A stretch of 64,000 bases of DNA from positions 6,848,001 to 6,912,000 of the forward strand of contig CBDCXR010000004.1 of NCBI GenBank assembly GCA_965223845.1. Direction: 5' to 3'. Positions 8,930 through 18,650 of this stretch are shown here, in pieces (within the stretch, counting starts at the first letter, position 1; every line of letters starts with the position of its first letter). Both the position numbers and the translations under genes were made by a program. The notes under the pieces were generated by a model. That model saw nothing but the letters and a program-made list of their open reading frames with translations. It was not told the DNA's origin and did no database searches. This stretch comes from Planctomycetota bacterium (GTDB taxonomy: Bacteria; Planctomycetota; UBA8108; SXIK01).

Positions 8930-10930
8930 TCAACGGCGAGCCGCTGCCCGCTTCGCCTCCGTGAGCGCGGCCTCCGCCCCCGCCGTGTCGCCCTGAGCGC
9001 GACGGACCTCCGCGATCTTTTGCCAGAAGCCGGCGACGGTATCGCCCGTGCCGGCGAAGAGACCGCGCGCGGTGCAGATCTCGATTCCCTTTTGATAGTC
9101 GGCGACCGCGCCATCGTGGTCGCCGAGAAGAAAGCGACAGTAGCCGCGGTTCGTCCACATCCCCGGATCTTCGGGTTCGAGAGCGAGGGCGCGTTCAAAC
9201 TCCGCGAGCGCTTCCTTCGTCCGCTTCTGATACGCGAGCGAGAGCCCGCGCCAATGGTGTGAGAACGCGTCGGGCGGTGCGCCGAGCTGCCGGCGCATCG
9301 CGACGTAGCGATCCACGTCGGCGATGGACTCCGCCGGCTTTCCCGAGTGAAGGTTGGCCTCGGCGCGAAGTCGAAACACGGCTGGCTCCGGGATCTTCGT
9401 ACGCGCGAGCAGCTCGATCGCCTTCGTCAGCGCGTCGATTGCGAGTGCGGGTCGTCGCGACCGCACGTAGAGCTCGCCGAGCGTCGCCATCGCTCGGCCG
9501 TGCTCCGGATAGATCGCGAGTGACCGGCGGATCCCGGCTTCGGCACGCTTGAAGAGCTGCTCGGCGGACTCGGGTCCGCTTCGCTTCCCGTTCAGAGTGT
9601 CGATGGCGCGGCGAAGAGTCGTCTGCGCCGCTTTGAGTTGACTCCGCGTGCTCTCGGGCGCCTCTTCCGGCATCGCGAGGTAGAGCGACTCACGATCCGA
9701 CCAGTGGGCGTTGCGGGCGACCGTCTGGACGCCGTAGACGATGCACAGTACGGCGAGCACTGCGAAGTACCCGCGCGAAGCCGAACGGGAAGCGGCGAGT
9801 CTCGACCCGATCCCCGCGACACCGATCGCGAGCGCGAACGAGGGGAGAAAGGCCAGCCGCTCGCCGTAAATCGTCCCGATCGGAAAGAACACGTTCGCCG
9901 TCGGCGAGAACGCGATGAAATAGAACGCCGCGGCACAAGCGACGAGCGGAACTCGTCTCCAGCTCACCGCGGCGACGAGTGCCCCCGCGCCGATCGTTCC
10001 CACCGCCGCGAGCCAAAGCCGGACGTCGCTCAGCGCGCGAACCGGAATCTGGTTGTACGAATAGTCGGCGGAGAAGTTGAGCGGCGCTACCGACTGAATG
10101 AAGTAACGACCGAGGAGTGAGATAGCGTTCAGCGCGCGGATCGGCTCGGATTCCCACGCGAGACTGTTGTCGACGAGCGACGGCCGGCCCGAGGTTTCGT
10201 CGATGACGAGCCACCGAAGGGCGAAGTACACCCCGACCGCGAGCGCCGCCGCACCGCCGCTCGACCACGGGATGCGCTGGCGAAGGATGAAGGCGGTGGC
10301 GACCAGAACGCCGCAAACAACGGCGGTGTTCTCCTTCGCGAGAAGTCCGGCGAACGTGACGACTCCGACGGCGAGCGCCGCGCGACGGTCCGAGCGGAAT
10401 TTTCCGTCGCGATCTAAGGCGAGTGCCCACGCGCCGAGCACGGCGGCCGCGGCGAGCAGCTCTGCTCGCCCGACGACGTTCGCCACCGCCTCGACGTGGA
10501 TCGGAAGAACCGCGTAGAGCGACGCGCAGATAGCAGCGATGCGCGCGTCGCCCGTAAGTCGACGGAGGACGACGAACGCGAGTCCCGCGACCGCCGCGCT
10601 GAGAACGACGTTGACGAGGTGAAATCCCCACGGCGACTCGCTCACGGCCAAGTTCAGAGCGTACGTGAGGAGCGTGAGCGGGCGGTAGTTCGCCGACACT
10701 CGATGCGTTCCCCAGTAATCGTCGGCGAAGATCCGCGCGAGGGAAAACGACTTGAGCCCCTCGTCCTGTTCGCAGATCAGCTCGTCGTCGAAGACGAAAT
10801 CACCGGGAATCGTGTTCGCTGAGACGAGGACCGCGATGACGACGGGGATCCAAGCGAGAGGAGATGCGCCGCGCGCGGCGGCCGCGGGCGGCGCTCCGCT
10901 GCTCTGAACGCCATCTTCTCGAGCGTTCAT
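8930..10930 (-). CDS. TMTC-like GT-C glycosyltransferase (DUF1736-type) with C-terminal TPR repeats
   Basis: FVFDD, YRPLTLLTYAL, HLVNVVL, PIHVEAVANVVGRAELL, LAKEN, SADYS, GERLAFLPS, RNAHW; multiple TMs then TPRs. ATG 10930 overlaps the upstream stop (ATGA). Confidence 0.85.
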   Translation of the reverse strand: MNAREDGVQSSGAPPAAAARGASPLAWIPVVIAVLVSANTIPGDFVFDDELICEQDEGLKSFSLARIFADDYWGTHRVSANYRPLTLLTYALNLAVSESPWGFHLVNVVLSAAVAGLAFVVLRRLTGDARIAAICASLYAVLPIHVEAVANVVGRAELLAAAAVLGAWALALDRDGKFRSDRRAALAVGVVTFAGLLAKENTAVVCGVLVATAFILRQRIPWSSGGAAALAVGVYFALRWLVIDETSGRPSLVDNSLAWESEPIRALNAISLLGRYFIQSVAPLNFSADYSYNQIPVRALSDVRLWLAAVGTIGAGALVAAVSWRRVPLVACAAAFYFIAFSPTANVFFPIGTIYGERLAFLPSFALAIGVAGIGSRLAASRSASRGYFAVLAVLCIVYGVQTVARNAHWSDRESLYLAMPEEAPESTRSQLKAAQTTLRRAIDTLNGKRSGPESAEQLFKRAEAGIRRSLAIYPEHGRAMATLGELYVRSRRPALAIDALTKAIELLARTKIPEPAVFRLRAEANLHSGKPAESIADVDRYVAMRRQLGAPPDAFSHHWRGLSLAYQKRTKEALAEFERALALEPEDPGMWTNRGYCRFLLGDHDGAVADYQKGIEICTARGLFAGTGDTVAGFWQKIAEVRRAQGDTAGAEAALTEAKRAAARR

Positions 10931-12042
10931 CGGGGCGCCACGGGTGACTCGAGGAGCGTGAGCGTGAGCGCACCCGCGTCGAGACGAACGCGCGCACCGA
11001 AGGGCAGCGTCACGTGGTCCCGGAGTCCGTGACCCGACGGGAAGCCTTCGACGATCGGCACCCCGAGCGGTACGAAGTAGTCGCGAAACACCTCGCCGAG
11101 CGAGATCGCGCCGCTTTCTCGCCCGCAGCCCGTGAAGCTCCCGAGCACGACTCCGCGCACGTTCGCGAGCTTCCCCGCGAGCCGAAGCTGGGCGAGCATG
11201 CGATCGATGCGAAACGCCTTCTCGTTCACGTCTTCGAGAAAGAGGATCGCGCCGCGCGTGTCGATCTCGTACGGCGTCCCGATCGTGGCCGCGACGAGGC
11301 TCAAGTTCCCACCGGTGAGCGTTCCCTCGGCTCGACCGGGCGCGATCGCGCGCAGGCGCTTCGTTGCGCGTTTTCCCCACGCGCCGAATTCGGACGTTTC
11401 GCCGCGCAGCGCGTCCCAGAGGTACGCCTTCGTGAGCGGGGAGTCCGCGGATCCCTTCGCGACGAGTTCCCGTCCGACCGGCCCGTGGAACGCGATCAGT
11501 CCGGCGCGGCGCTGGACGGCGATGAGAAGCGCCGTGATGTCGCTGTAGCCGATGACGATCTTCGGATCCGCGCGAAGCGCCGCGAAATCGATGCGGTCGA
11601 GAATCCGCGGCGTACCGTAGCCGCCGCGGAGGCAGAGAATCGCGCGCACTTCGGGATCGCGCACGGCCCCGTTGAACGCGGCGGCCCGGGCGTCGTCGTC
11701 GGCGGCGAGGTAGCCGCGTGCGGGGCGATCGGGAATCCACGGCTCCGGCTCGAATCCCTGCCCGCTCAGCGCGCGCATCACCGCGCGGACGGTCGCGTCG
11801 TCGACGGGTCCCGCCGGCGCGACGAGGGCGATTCGGTCGCCGCGGCGAAGGGCCGGCGGCTTCCGATGAGCGGGAGGTCCATCGCTCGAATCTCGCGAGT
11901 GCGCGAGTACGCCGATTCCGGCGACGAGGGCGCCGAGCGCGAGCCAAACGATCACGGCGCGCGTTCGCGACTGGGGTCGAGTGTCGCCTCGACGCGCCGC
12001 GGCGACCACCAGCGAGGAAGATCGAGAAGACTTCGTCGACAT
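10927..12042 (-). CDS. LD-carboxypeptidase (peptidase S66) with N-terminal membrane anchor
   Basis: LRRGDRIALVAPAG, RGGYG, GYSDIT (Ser), GGNLS, FLEDVNE (Glu), SGHG (His). Confidence 0.9.
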   Translation of the reverse strand: MSTKSSRSSSLVVAAARRGDTRPQSRTRAVIVWLALGALVAGIGVLAHSRDSSDGPPAHRKPPALRRGDRIALVAPAGPVDDATVRAVMRALSGQGFEPEPWIPDRPARGYLAADDDARAAAFNGAVRDPEVRAILCLRGGYGTPRILDRIDFAALRADPKIVIGYSDITALLIAVQRRAGLIAFHGPVGRELVAKGSADSPLTKAYLWDALRGETSEFGAWGKRATKRLRAIAPGRAEGTLTGGNLSLVAATIGTPYEIDTRGAILFLEDVNEKAFRIDRMLAQLRLAGKLANVRGVVLGSFTGCGRESGAISLGEVFRDYFVPLGVPIVEGFPSGHGLRDHVTLPFGARVRLDAGALTLTLLESPVAPR

Positions 12043-12151
12043 GCCAGGATCGCTCAGCACGCCTTCCGGCGGCGACCGCCGCACCACCGCGGTGAACGCA
12101 GCGCGCTCGCGCGTCGTCCCGCGCGGCGCGGCGAAACGAACTCTCGCTCCA

Positions 12152-14956
12152 TCACGAGTTCCCCCCGCGGAGGCTCGCGATTCGCTCCGCGACCCGTTCG
12201 CGCTCCTTCCCCTCGAGCTTGACGAGACCCCCTTCGAGCCACTCGAGAGTGAGTCGTCGATTCTTCGTCGTCAGGAAGACGGAGTCCGCCGCCTGGAGAC
12301 AGTTCTTGGCGTTCGGCTGCACTTCGAAGAGGCGCCGATGCATCGCCGCCATGCGACGGAGGTCACCCGCCTCTTCGTGCGCTTCGGCACAGTGCGCGAA
12401 CAGCTCCGGGGTCTCGAGCCCCGAGTCGATCGCGTCGCCGAACGAATCGGTCGCATACTTGAACCACCGGCTTTTCTTTTCGTCGCGCCCGAGCTGAAGG
12501 TAAGAGAGACCGAGGAGGTACTGCGCTTCCTGCAGATGCTCGCCGGAGAGGGATCGTTTCGCGCTGATGAAGCGACCCTTCGCGGTCGTCAGTGCTGAGA
12601 TGCGCGTTGTCCGGTTCTTCGAGTTGTTCGCGACGATGTAGTACGTACGCGCCTGCTCGAACTTTTCGTAATCGTCGGCGATCGAGTGCGCCGGCCGGAC
12701 GTCGAGATCGACCTGAACGTAGTTCCCGTGGTGCGCGAACACACGCCCGCGCCAAGCGCCGATCCGCCGCGTGAGAGCGGTCTTCTCCTTCGCCGGAAGC
12801 GTTCGCGCGTCGGTGAGCGCCTCGGTGAACCGGAATTCCGCGTCGTCGAGATGCTTTCGCGCGTCCTTCGCCGTCCGGTTCGTCTCGTACCTCGCGAGGG
12901 CGAGTCGGCCGCGATAGTAGCTGAGTTCCGCGTGGCGTGCGATGCGTTCGGGTTCCGAAGCCGGCGGTTCGTCCGAGCCTCCGACCGGGGACTCCGGCGA
13001 GGTTTCGGATTGCTCGAGCGTGTCGAGATGCTTCGATACCGCCCCGAGGTGTTGAGCCGAGCGACTGTTCACGCCCGCATCCACCGCGATCCACTGGAGC
13101 GCGGCCCGACGACTCGCGACCTCTTCCGACGGGGCGTAGGCTTCGATCGCGACGAGTGCGTCCGCCGCCGGCGAGGCGAGTTCGTGCGCGGCGCGAAACT
13201 GATACTTTTTCTGTGCCGCTTCCGCTTTCGCGAGCGCCGCCGCGGCCTTCGCGAGCGCGAGGCGCGGCGCGTCGACGAAGAGCCGCGTCCACTCGGGCTT
13301 CAGCGCATCGGGAATCTGATCGCGTCCGCCGAGCTCGATCAGGGTGCGGCGGAGCTCGGCGTCCTTTCCCTGCTTGAGGAGTGCGCCCGCGAGCCGGCCG
13401 AGAACGTCCTTGCGGTCGACGTTCGGCCGCTTCAGTGCTTCGGCGTAGAGTCCCTCCGCCGTTTCCCAGTCGGGTTCGGAGAGTCGGGTGTTCGCGTCGG
13501 CGAGCATCAGGATCGCATCGAGGTCGTATCCCGACGCTCCCGCCTCGCGCGCGAGCGAGAGATAGCGCTCCGCGGCGGCGAACTGCTCGAGTCGATACGA
13601 TGCCGTGCCGAGGAAGACGAGCGCCTCGTGGTTGTCGCGCTCGCGCTGGTAGACCTCTCCCGCGGCGGAAATCACCGCCGCCCAATCCTTGCGGTCGGCC
13701 GCCGTCCGCGCCTGCATCAAGAGCTCACTCGCATCGAACGGCTTCGGTTGCGGCGGCTCCGGACGCGGTTGCGCGGTCGGCTGGGGGGCCGGTTCCGGTC
13801 GCACGACCGCCGCGGGGCGAGGCTTCGGTTCGGGGACGACGGGCGCCGGCGCCGGCGCCACGGGGTTCGGAGTTCGGTCGGTGACGTCGTCGCTTCGTCC
13901 GAACCCCAGCTCCTTTCGAAACGTGAAGGCGAGAATCGCAACGAGGATCGCGAGGATGATCCCGACGATCGCGGGCTGACTCGTCGGTCGGCGACGCCGC
14001 CGTCCTCGCCTTCGCCCGCGCCGTCCGCGCGGCGCATCGACCTCCTCCGCTTCTTCCGCGGGAGGCTGGAGCGCGCTGCCGAGGTCGTCGAAGAACTCGC
14101 GCGCCGTCTGGTAGCGCCGCTCGGGATTCCGCTCGAGCGCACGCACGAGAATCGCGAGCAGACGAGGGTAGTCGTTGAGCTCGGGGTTGAGGCTCTCGGG
14201 AAGCGGAGGCGGTCCGGCCTTGAGTCCGCGGAAGACCTCCTTGATGGTCGATCCCGGGTACGGCTTTCGACCGGTCAGCATCTCGTAGAGAATCGCGCCG
14301 ACGGCGTAGAGGTCGGAGTAAAAGCCGAGCGCCTCGCCGAGGAACTGCTCCGGCGGCATGTAGTGCGGGCTGCCGGAAATCGAGGCGGTTGTTTCGCCGC
14401 CGCTCTGGATCGCGGTTGCGATCCCGAAGTCGAGCACGCGCACGTCGTCGTGACTGCCTTCCGTGCTCACCATGACATTGGCCGGCTTGAGATCGCGGTG
14501 GATGATCTTCGACGCGTGCGCAGTGCGAAGCGCGCGGAGGACGCGCTGGACGATCGCGACGGCGCGCGGCGGCGGGACCGTCCCCTCTTCGCGGATCACT
14601 TCCGAGAGCGTCTTCCCGGGGCAGTAGTCCATCGTGTAGTAGAGGAGTCCGTCGTCCGTCGTTCCGACGTCGCGGACCTGCACGATGTACTTGTCGACCA
14701 TCCGCATCGCGACGCGGATCTCGTTCAGGAACTGATCGCGCACCTTCGGATTGCCGCTCAAGTTGGCCGGGAGCAGCTTGAGCGCGAGCTTCTCGCCGAC
14801 CATCCCCGCCGTGATCTCGACGAGGTACACGGTGCCGAATCCGCCGCGGCCGAGCACCTCGATCACGCGGTACTTGTCCGCGATCAAGGAGCCGGGTTCA
14901 CGCTCGGCCGCGTCGCGCGGCGAGGGATCGGCGGGCGTATCGGATCGTTCGGTCAC
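12152..14956 (-). CDS. Hanks-type Ser/Thr protein kinase with TM and extracytoplasmic TPR region
   Basis: LGRGGFGTVY, ALKLL, HRDLKPAN, DFGIA, GSPHYMPPEQ; poly-Arg then TM; Pro-rich linker; TPR helices. GTG start at 14956 inferred. Confidence 0.92.
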   Translation of the reverse strand: MTERSDTPADPSPRDAAEREPGSLIADKYRVIEVLGRGGFGTVYLVEITAGMVGEKLALKLLPANLSGNPKVRDQFLNEIRVAMRMVDKYIVQVRDVGTTDDGLLYYTMDYCPGKTLSEVIREEGTVPPPRAVAIVQRVLRALRTAHASKIIHRDLKPANVMVSTEGSHDDVRVLDFGIATAIQSGGETTASISGSPHYMPPEQFLGEALGFYSDLYAVGAILYEMLTGRKPYPGSTIKEVFRGLKAGPPPLPESLNPELNDYPRLLAILVRALERNPERRYQTAREFFDDLGSALQPPAEEAEEVDAPRGRRGRRRGRRRRRPTSQPAIVGIILAILVAILAFTFRKELGFGRSDDVTDRTPNPVAPAPAPVVPEPKPRPAAVVRPEPAPQPTAQPRPEPPQPKPFDASELLMQARTAADRKDWAAVISAAGEVYQRERDNHEALVFLGTASYRLEQFAAAERYLSLAREAGASGYDLDAILMLADANTRLSEPDWETAEGLYAEALKRPNVDRKDVLGRLAGALLKQGKDAELRRTLIELGGRDQIPDALKPEWTRLFVDAPRLALAKAAAALAKAEAAQKKYQFRAAHELASPAADALVAIEAYAPSEEVASRRAALQWIAVDAGVNSRSAQHLGAVSKHLDTLEQSETSPESPVGGSDEPPASEPERIARHAELSYYRGRLALARYETNRTAKDARKHLDDAEFRFTEALTDARTLPAKEKTALTRRIGAWRGRVFAHHGNYVQVDLDVRPAHSIADDYEKFEQARTYYIVANNSKNRTTRISALTTAKGRFISAKRSLSGEHLQEAQYLLGLSYLQLGRDEKKSRWFKYATDSFGDAIDSGLETPELFAHCAEAHEEAGDLRRMAAMHRRLFEVQPNAKNCLQAADSVFLTTKNRRLTLEWLEGGLVKLEGKERERVAERIASLRGGNS

Positions 14957-15256
14957 CGGAGACCCTTCCCTGGAAGAAGCGCCCTGCGACGACCGGGGGG
15001 TCGGGAATCCGTAACCTGTTCCCTGGGCGTCGGATGCGAACGTCGACACCGCCGAGATAATCACGGTGGTGCGGCTCTGGCTTCCCTTCCCCGGGGCGGG
15101 CTGGATCCGGAGGGGGGTCGGACGACTCCCCGTCGTGCGGCGCGATGGTTACATGGTAGGGCCTAAGGCGAGTCCCCTCAACCCGCTACGGCCGCTGAGC
15201 CGCAGTCGCGATCGGGCGTTCGACGGCGAACTCGGGTTCGACCCGAATCCGTCGGA

Positions 15257-16309
15257 CTACTCGATCCGATCGTCGGCGAAGAGCGTCGGAAGGACCTGCG
15301 TCTCGAGACGATTGTCCGTCTCTTCCGCGCCGCCGAAGAACGCCAGCGCCTCTTGCGCCTGATCGAGCGGAACCGGGAAGTGAAGGAGGAGACTCCGGAC
15401 GAGCCCGATGGCCCGATCTTCGAACTGAGGCGGGATCTTCCCTTCTCGTTCGAGATCCGCGAGGAACTGCGCCTCGACCGGCGCACCGAGAATCTCCGCG
15501 GCCAGAGTGAGGATGCAGAAGAGGTGGCGCTCGATGGCCACCCGCCGGGCGATGCCGAGGAGCACCGTCCAATCGACGCGTAGATTTGTGAGCACGCGAT
15601 AGACGTCGACGAGCGTCGCGAGACCGCAGCGGAACGAGCGCTCGAAGATCTCGAGCGCGAGGAGAGCGAGCAGCGGTTCGCCCTTCAAGACTTCGGGATT
15701 GGCCTCGATCGCCGTCGCCTCGACGGGAAACGGATCGATCGACAGACCGGGACGCGGGGCGCAGGACGATCGACAGATGCGAACTTCGACGCCGTCCCGC
15801 TCGAGCGGCGGGAGGTAATGCCCGAGGCCATCGCTGATGCCCGTCAGGTTTTCGACCTCTTCGTAGTTCCCCTTCTTGAGCGCGCGGTAGAGAGTCTGCG
15901 TGTCCTCGACGCGCGTCTGAAGCTCGAGTTGCTGAACGGGTCGCGTGGACGGGTCGTCGCAGAGATAGAACGTCACCTGCGTGCCGCGGAGGAGTCGGAT
16001 CGGAATCCCTTGATCGGAACACCACGCGACGATGTCGTCGAGGGCAGCGCGGTACGCCGCCGTCCGCGTGGTCGCGCAGAGACGCGACAGCTTCCACGAC
16101 GATATGCGTTCCGGACGAATCTCGTTGTGCGTCTCCTCCTTCTCGACGAGCTGATAGAGCATCGGCTCGAGGTGGTTCGCCTGGATGAGCTGGTCGAGCT
16201 GGCGACCCTGATCCTCCGGAAGGCGCTCGATGAGCGTCGGGTCCTTGAGGAGAAAGACCCCGAGACGGCTCTCGAGATTCGGGACGGAATTGGGGTCGGA
16301 GTGGCGCAT
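15257..16309 (-). CDS. Nucleotidyltransferase-family (NTP_transf_5-like) protein with degenerate catalytic motif
   Basis: GIPIRLLRG...DDPSTRPVQQLELQ aligns to the family pattern LLKG...PxxRPMxDIDL; C-terminal LVDV...VDW. ATG at 16309. Confidence 0.65.
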   Translation of the reverse strand: MRHSDPNSVPNLESRLGVFLLKDPTLIERLPEDQGRQLDQLIQANHLEPMLYQLVEKEETHNEIRPERISSWKLSRLCATTRTAAYRAALDDIVAWCSDQGIPIRLLRGTQVTFYLCDDPSTRPVQQLELQTRVEDTQTLYRALKKGNYEEVENLTGISDGLGHYLPPLERDGVEVRICRSSCAPRPGLSIDPFPVEATAIEANPEVLKGEPLLALLALEIFERSFRCGLATLVDVYRVLTNLRVDWTVLLGIARRVAIERHLFCILTLAAEILGAPVEAQFLADLEREGKIPPQFEDRAIGLVRSLLLHFPVPLDQAQEALAFFGGAEETDNRLETQVLPTLFADDRIE

Positions 16310-16490
16310 GGAGTTTCGTCGCGCGGAGGAGATAAGCGTGGAGGTCCGGCTCGCTCGCGGGAGCGGCAGGCTAGGCATGCCGGTTCCGAAACCGGTGCCC
16401 CGATCATCGTTACTTCGACCGCACCGCCCGAGACCTTTGGGGAATCGAGAGTCGCTCACGCGCCGGAGGCGCCGCGGTGGAGGACCCCGG

Positions 16491-16518
16491 TTGACTGCGC
16501 CCGGGGAAGGAGTAGCCT
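16491..16518 (+). promoter_or_regulatory. Putative sigma70 promoter of purH
   Basis: TTGACT-N16-TAGCCT, ending 56 nt upstream of the GTG. Confidence 0.5.
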
Positions 16519-16574
16519 GACTGCCCGCAGTCACTCCGACCATCCTGCCCCGCTGTCCTCGCGAGACTCTTTCC

Positions 16575-18137
16575 GTGAATCCGATTCGTCGCGCTCTTCT
16601 CAGTGTTTCCGATAAAACCGGACTCGTCGCCTTCGCCGAGGGACTCCGCGCGCTCGGCGTCGAAATCGTCTCGACCGGCGGGACGGCGCGGGCACTTCGC
16701 GAGGCCGGGGTCGACATCGTCGCGATCGACGATTTCACCGGATTTCCGGAGATGCTCGGCGGCCGAGTGAAGACGCTCCATCCCCGTGTCCACGGGGGAA
16801 TCCTGTTCGACCGGTCACTCGACGAGCACCGACGGACGATGGAGGAGCACGGACTCGGGGCGATCGACCTCGTTGCGGTGAATCTCTACCCGTTCGAGGC
16901 GACGGTCGCGCGCCCCGACGTGACGTACGAGGACGCCGTCGAGCAGATCGACATCGGCGGACCGGCGATGACGCGAAGCGCGGCGAAGAACCACGCCCAC
17001 GTCACCGTGGTCGTCGCCCCGGATCAGTACGAGGAAGTGCTCGCGGAGATGCGGACGTCCGGCGGATCGACCTCGGTCGAGCTTCGCCGCCGCTTCGCGC
17101 TGCGGGCGTTCGAGCGAACGGCGGCCTACGATCGGGCGATCGTCGAGCACTTCAGCGCCGAGCTCGCCGAGAACGCGGAGATGGATCGACTCCCTCGGGA
17201 GCTGCCCGCGAGGTGGGCGACGCGCCTCCCGCGCGCGCGCGAGCTCCGTTACGGCGAGAATCCTCACCAGAAGGCGGCGGTCTACGGCGCCGTCCTCGAG
17301 CCCTTCCGCCAGGTCCACGGGAAGGAGCTCTCATACAACAACATCCTCGACCTCGCCGCGGCGGAGGAGCTCGTCGAGACGCTCGCTCCGCGCGGCCCGG
17401 CGGTGTCGATCATCAAGCATTCGAATCCGTGCGGCGCCGCGGTGGCCGAGACGCTCGCGGATGCCTGGCGCGATGCGCTGGCTACCGACCCGGTTTCCGC
17501 GAGCGGAGGGATCATCGGTGCGAGTGTCGAAGTCGATGCCGACGCCGCGCGCGCGATGGCCGATCATTTCATCGAGGTTCTCGTCGCGCCCTCCTTCACC
17601 GCCGACGCGCTCGAGATCTTGCGCAAGAAGAAGAATCGCATCCTCCTCGAATGCCCGCGCCCCGTGTTCGGGCGCGAGTGGATTCAGGCGCGAACGCTTC
17701 CCGGAGGCGTGCTCGCGCAGACGACCGACGGCGGCGCCGAGCCAGAGTTCAAGGTCGTGACGGAGCGCACACCGACGGCGAGCGAGCTAGAGGAGCTCGC
17801 GTTCGCCTGGGATGTCGTTCGCTTCGTGAAGTCGAACGCGATCCTCTACTCGCGCGACACTCGCACCCTCGGGGTCGGTGCGGGTCAGATGTCCCGCGTC
17901 GACTCGGCGCGGATCGCGGCGATGAAAGCGCGTGACGCCGGGCTCGACCTCGCCGGGTCGGTCGTCGCGTCGGACGCTTTCTTCCCGTTCGCCGACGGTC
18001 TCATCGCCTGCGCGGAAGCGGGCGCGCGCGCGGTGGTACAGCCGGGCGGGAGCGTTCGCGACAAAGAGGCGATCGCCGCGGCGAACGAACGCGGAGTCGC
18101 GATGGTCTTCACCGGGCGGCGGCATTTTCGTCACTAG
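16575..18137 (+). CDS. purH: Bifunctional AICAR transformylase/IMP cyclohydrolase
   Basis: [64 protein letters not shown]. Confidence 0.98.
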   Translation: MNPIRRALLSVSDKTGLVAFAEGLRALGVEIVSTGGTARALREAGVDIVAIDDFTGFPEMLGGRVKTLHPRVHGGILFDRSLDEHRRTMEEHGLGAIDLVAVNLYPFEATVARPDVTYEDAVEQIDIGGPAMTRSAAKNHAHVTVVVAPDQYEEVLAEMRTSGGSTSVELRRRFALRAFERTAAYDRAIVEHFSAELAENAEMDRLPRELPARWATRLPRARELRYGENPHQKAAVYGAVLEPFRQVHGKELSYNNILDLAAAEELVETLAPRGPAVSIIKHSNPCGAAVAETLADAWRDALATDPVSASGGIIGASVEVDADAARAMADHFIEVLVAPSFTADALEILRKKKNRILLECPRPVFGREWIQARTLPGGVLAQTTDGGAEPEFKVVTERTPTASELEELAFAWDVVRFVKSNAILYSRDTRTLGVGAGQMSRVDSARIAAMKARDAGLDLAGSVVASDAFFPFADGLIACAEAGARAVVQPGGSVRDKEAIAAANERGVAMVFTGRRHFRH

Positions 18138-18225
18138 GCGTAGGAAGCCGTCCCGAATCCGGATCTTCGCCGCGTTGCCCAGCGTCCCGCCGGTCCGCCG
18201 GCGCGATTCGCCGAAACAACGAAGG

Positions 18226-18612
18226 CTAGGCGCGCTTCCAGGCCGTCGGCGCTCCGTTCGCGTCGAGAGCGACGTACACGATCGTCGAACGACAGATCTG
18301 AGCCACTTTGTCGTCCGCGACGTCGCGGACGACGACCCGGCAATCGAGGGTCAGGGACGTCCGGCCCTCGCGCGCCGTCTTGCACCAGATTTCGACGAAA
18401 TCTCCGAGCATCCCCGGAGCGTCGAAGATCACTTCGCCGATCTTCTTCGTGACGAGGGTCTTCGTGCCCATCGCACGCATCGCGATGAGCGCGCCCGCCT
18501 CGTCGATCCACGCCATGAGCCGTCCTCCGAAGAGTCGGCCGCCGAAATTGAGGTCCGAGAACATCACCAGCCGCCGGCTGGCGAGCGTGTATTCTTCGAG
18601 TTCGTCCTGCAT
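18226..18612 (-). CDS. Acyl-CoA thioesterase (hotdog fold)
   Basis: DLNFGGRLFGGRLMAWIDEAG, GRTSL, YVALDANG. Confidence 0.9.
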   Translation of the reverse strand: MQDELEEYTLASRRLVMFSDLNFGGRLFGGRLMAWIDEAGALIAMRAMGTKTLVTKKIGEVIFDAPGMLGDFVEIWCKTAREGRTSLTLDCRVVVRDVADDKVAQICRSTIVYVALDANGAPTAWKRA

Positions 18613-18650
18613 CTGTGCCGCCGTCCGATCGAGAACGATCTTCCTGAGCC

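Noticed and set aside
10931-11947. N-terminal extension of the 1005-aa ORF 8930..11947
   Set aside because: It overlaps the S66 peptidase in another frame; the ATG at 10930 with an ATGA overlap fits the TMTC-like protein.
16380-16574. Possible ZMP/ZTP (pfl) riboswitch upstream of purH
   Set aside because: The conserved GACUGGCG..GGUGG..CCAC and CGCCUGGG elements are absent; GACTGCGC...GGGGA is better read as a -35/-10 promoter.
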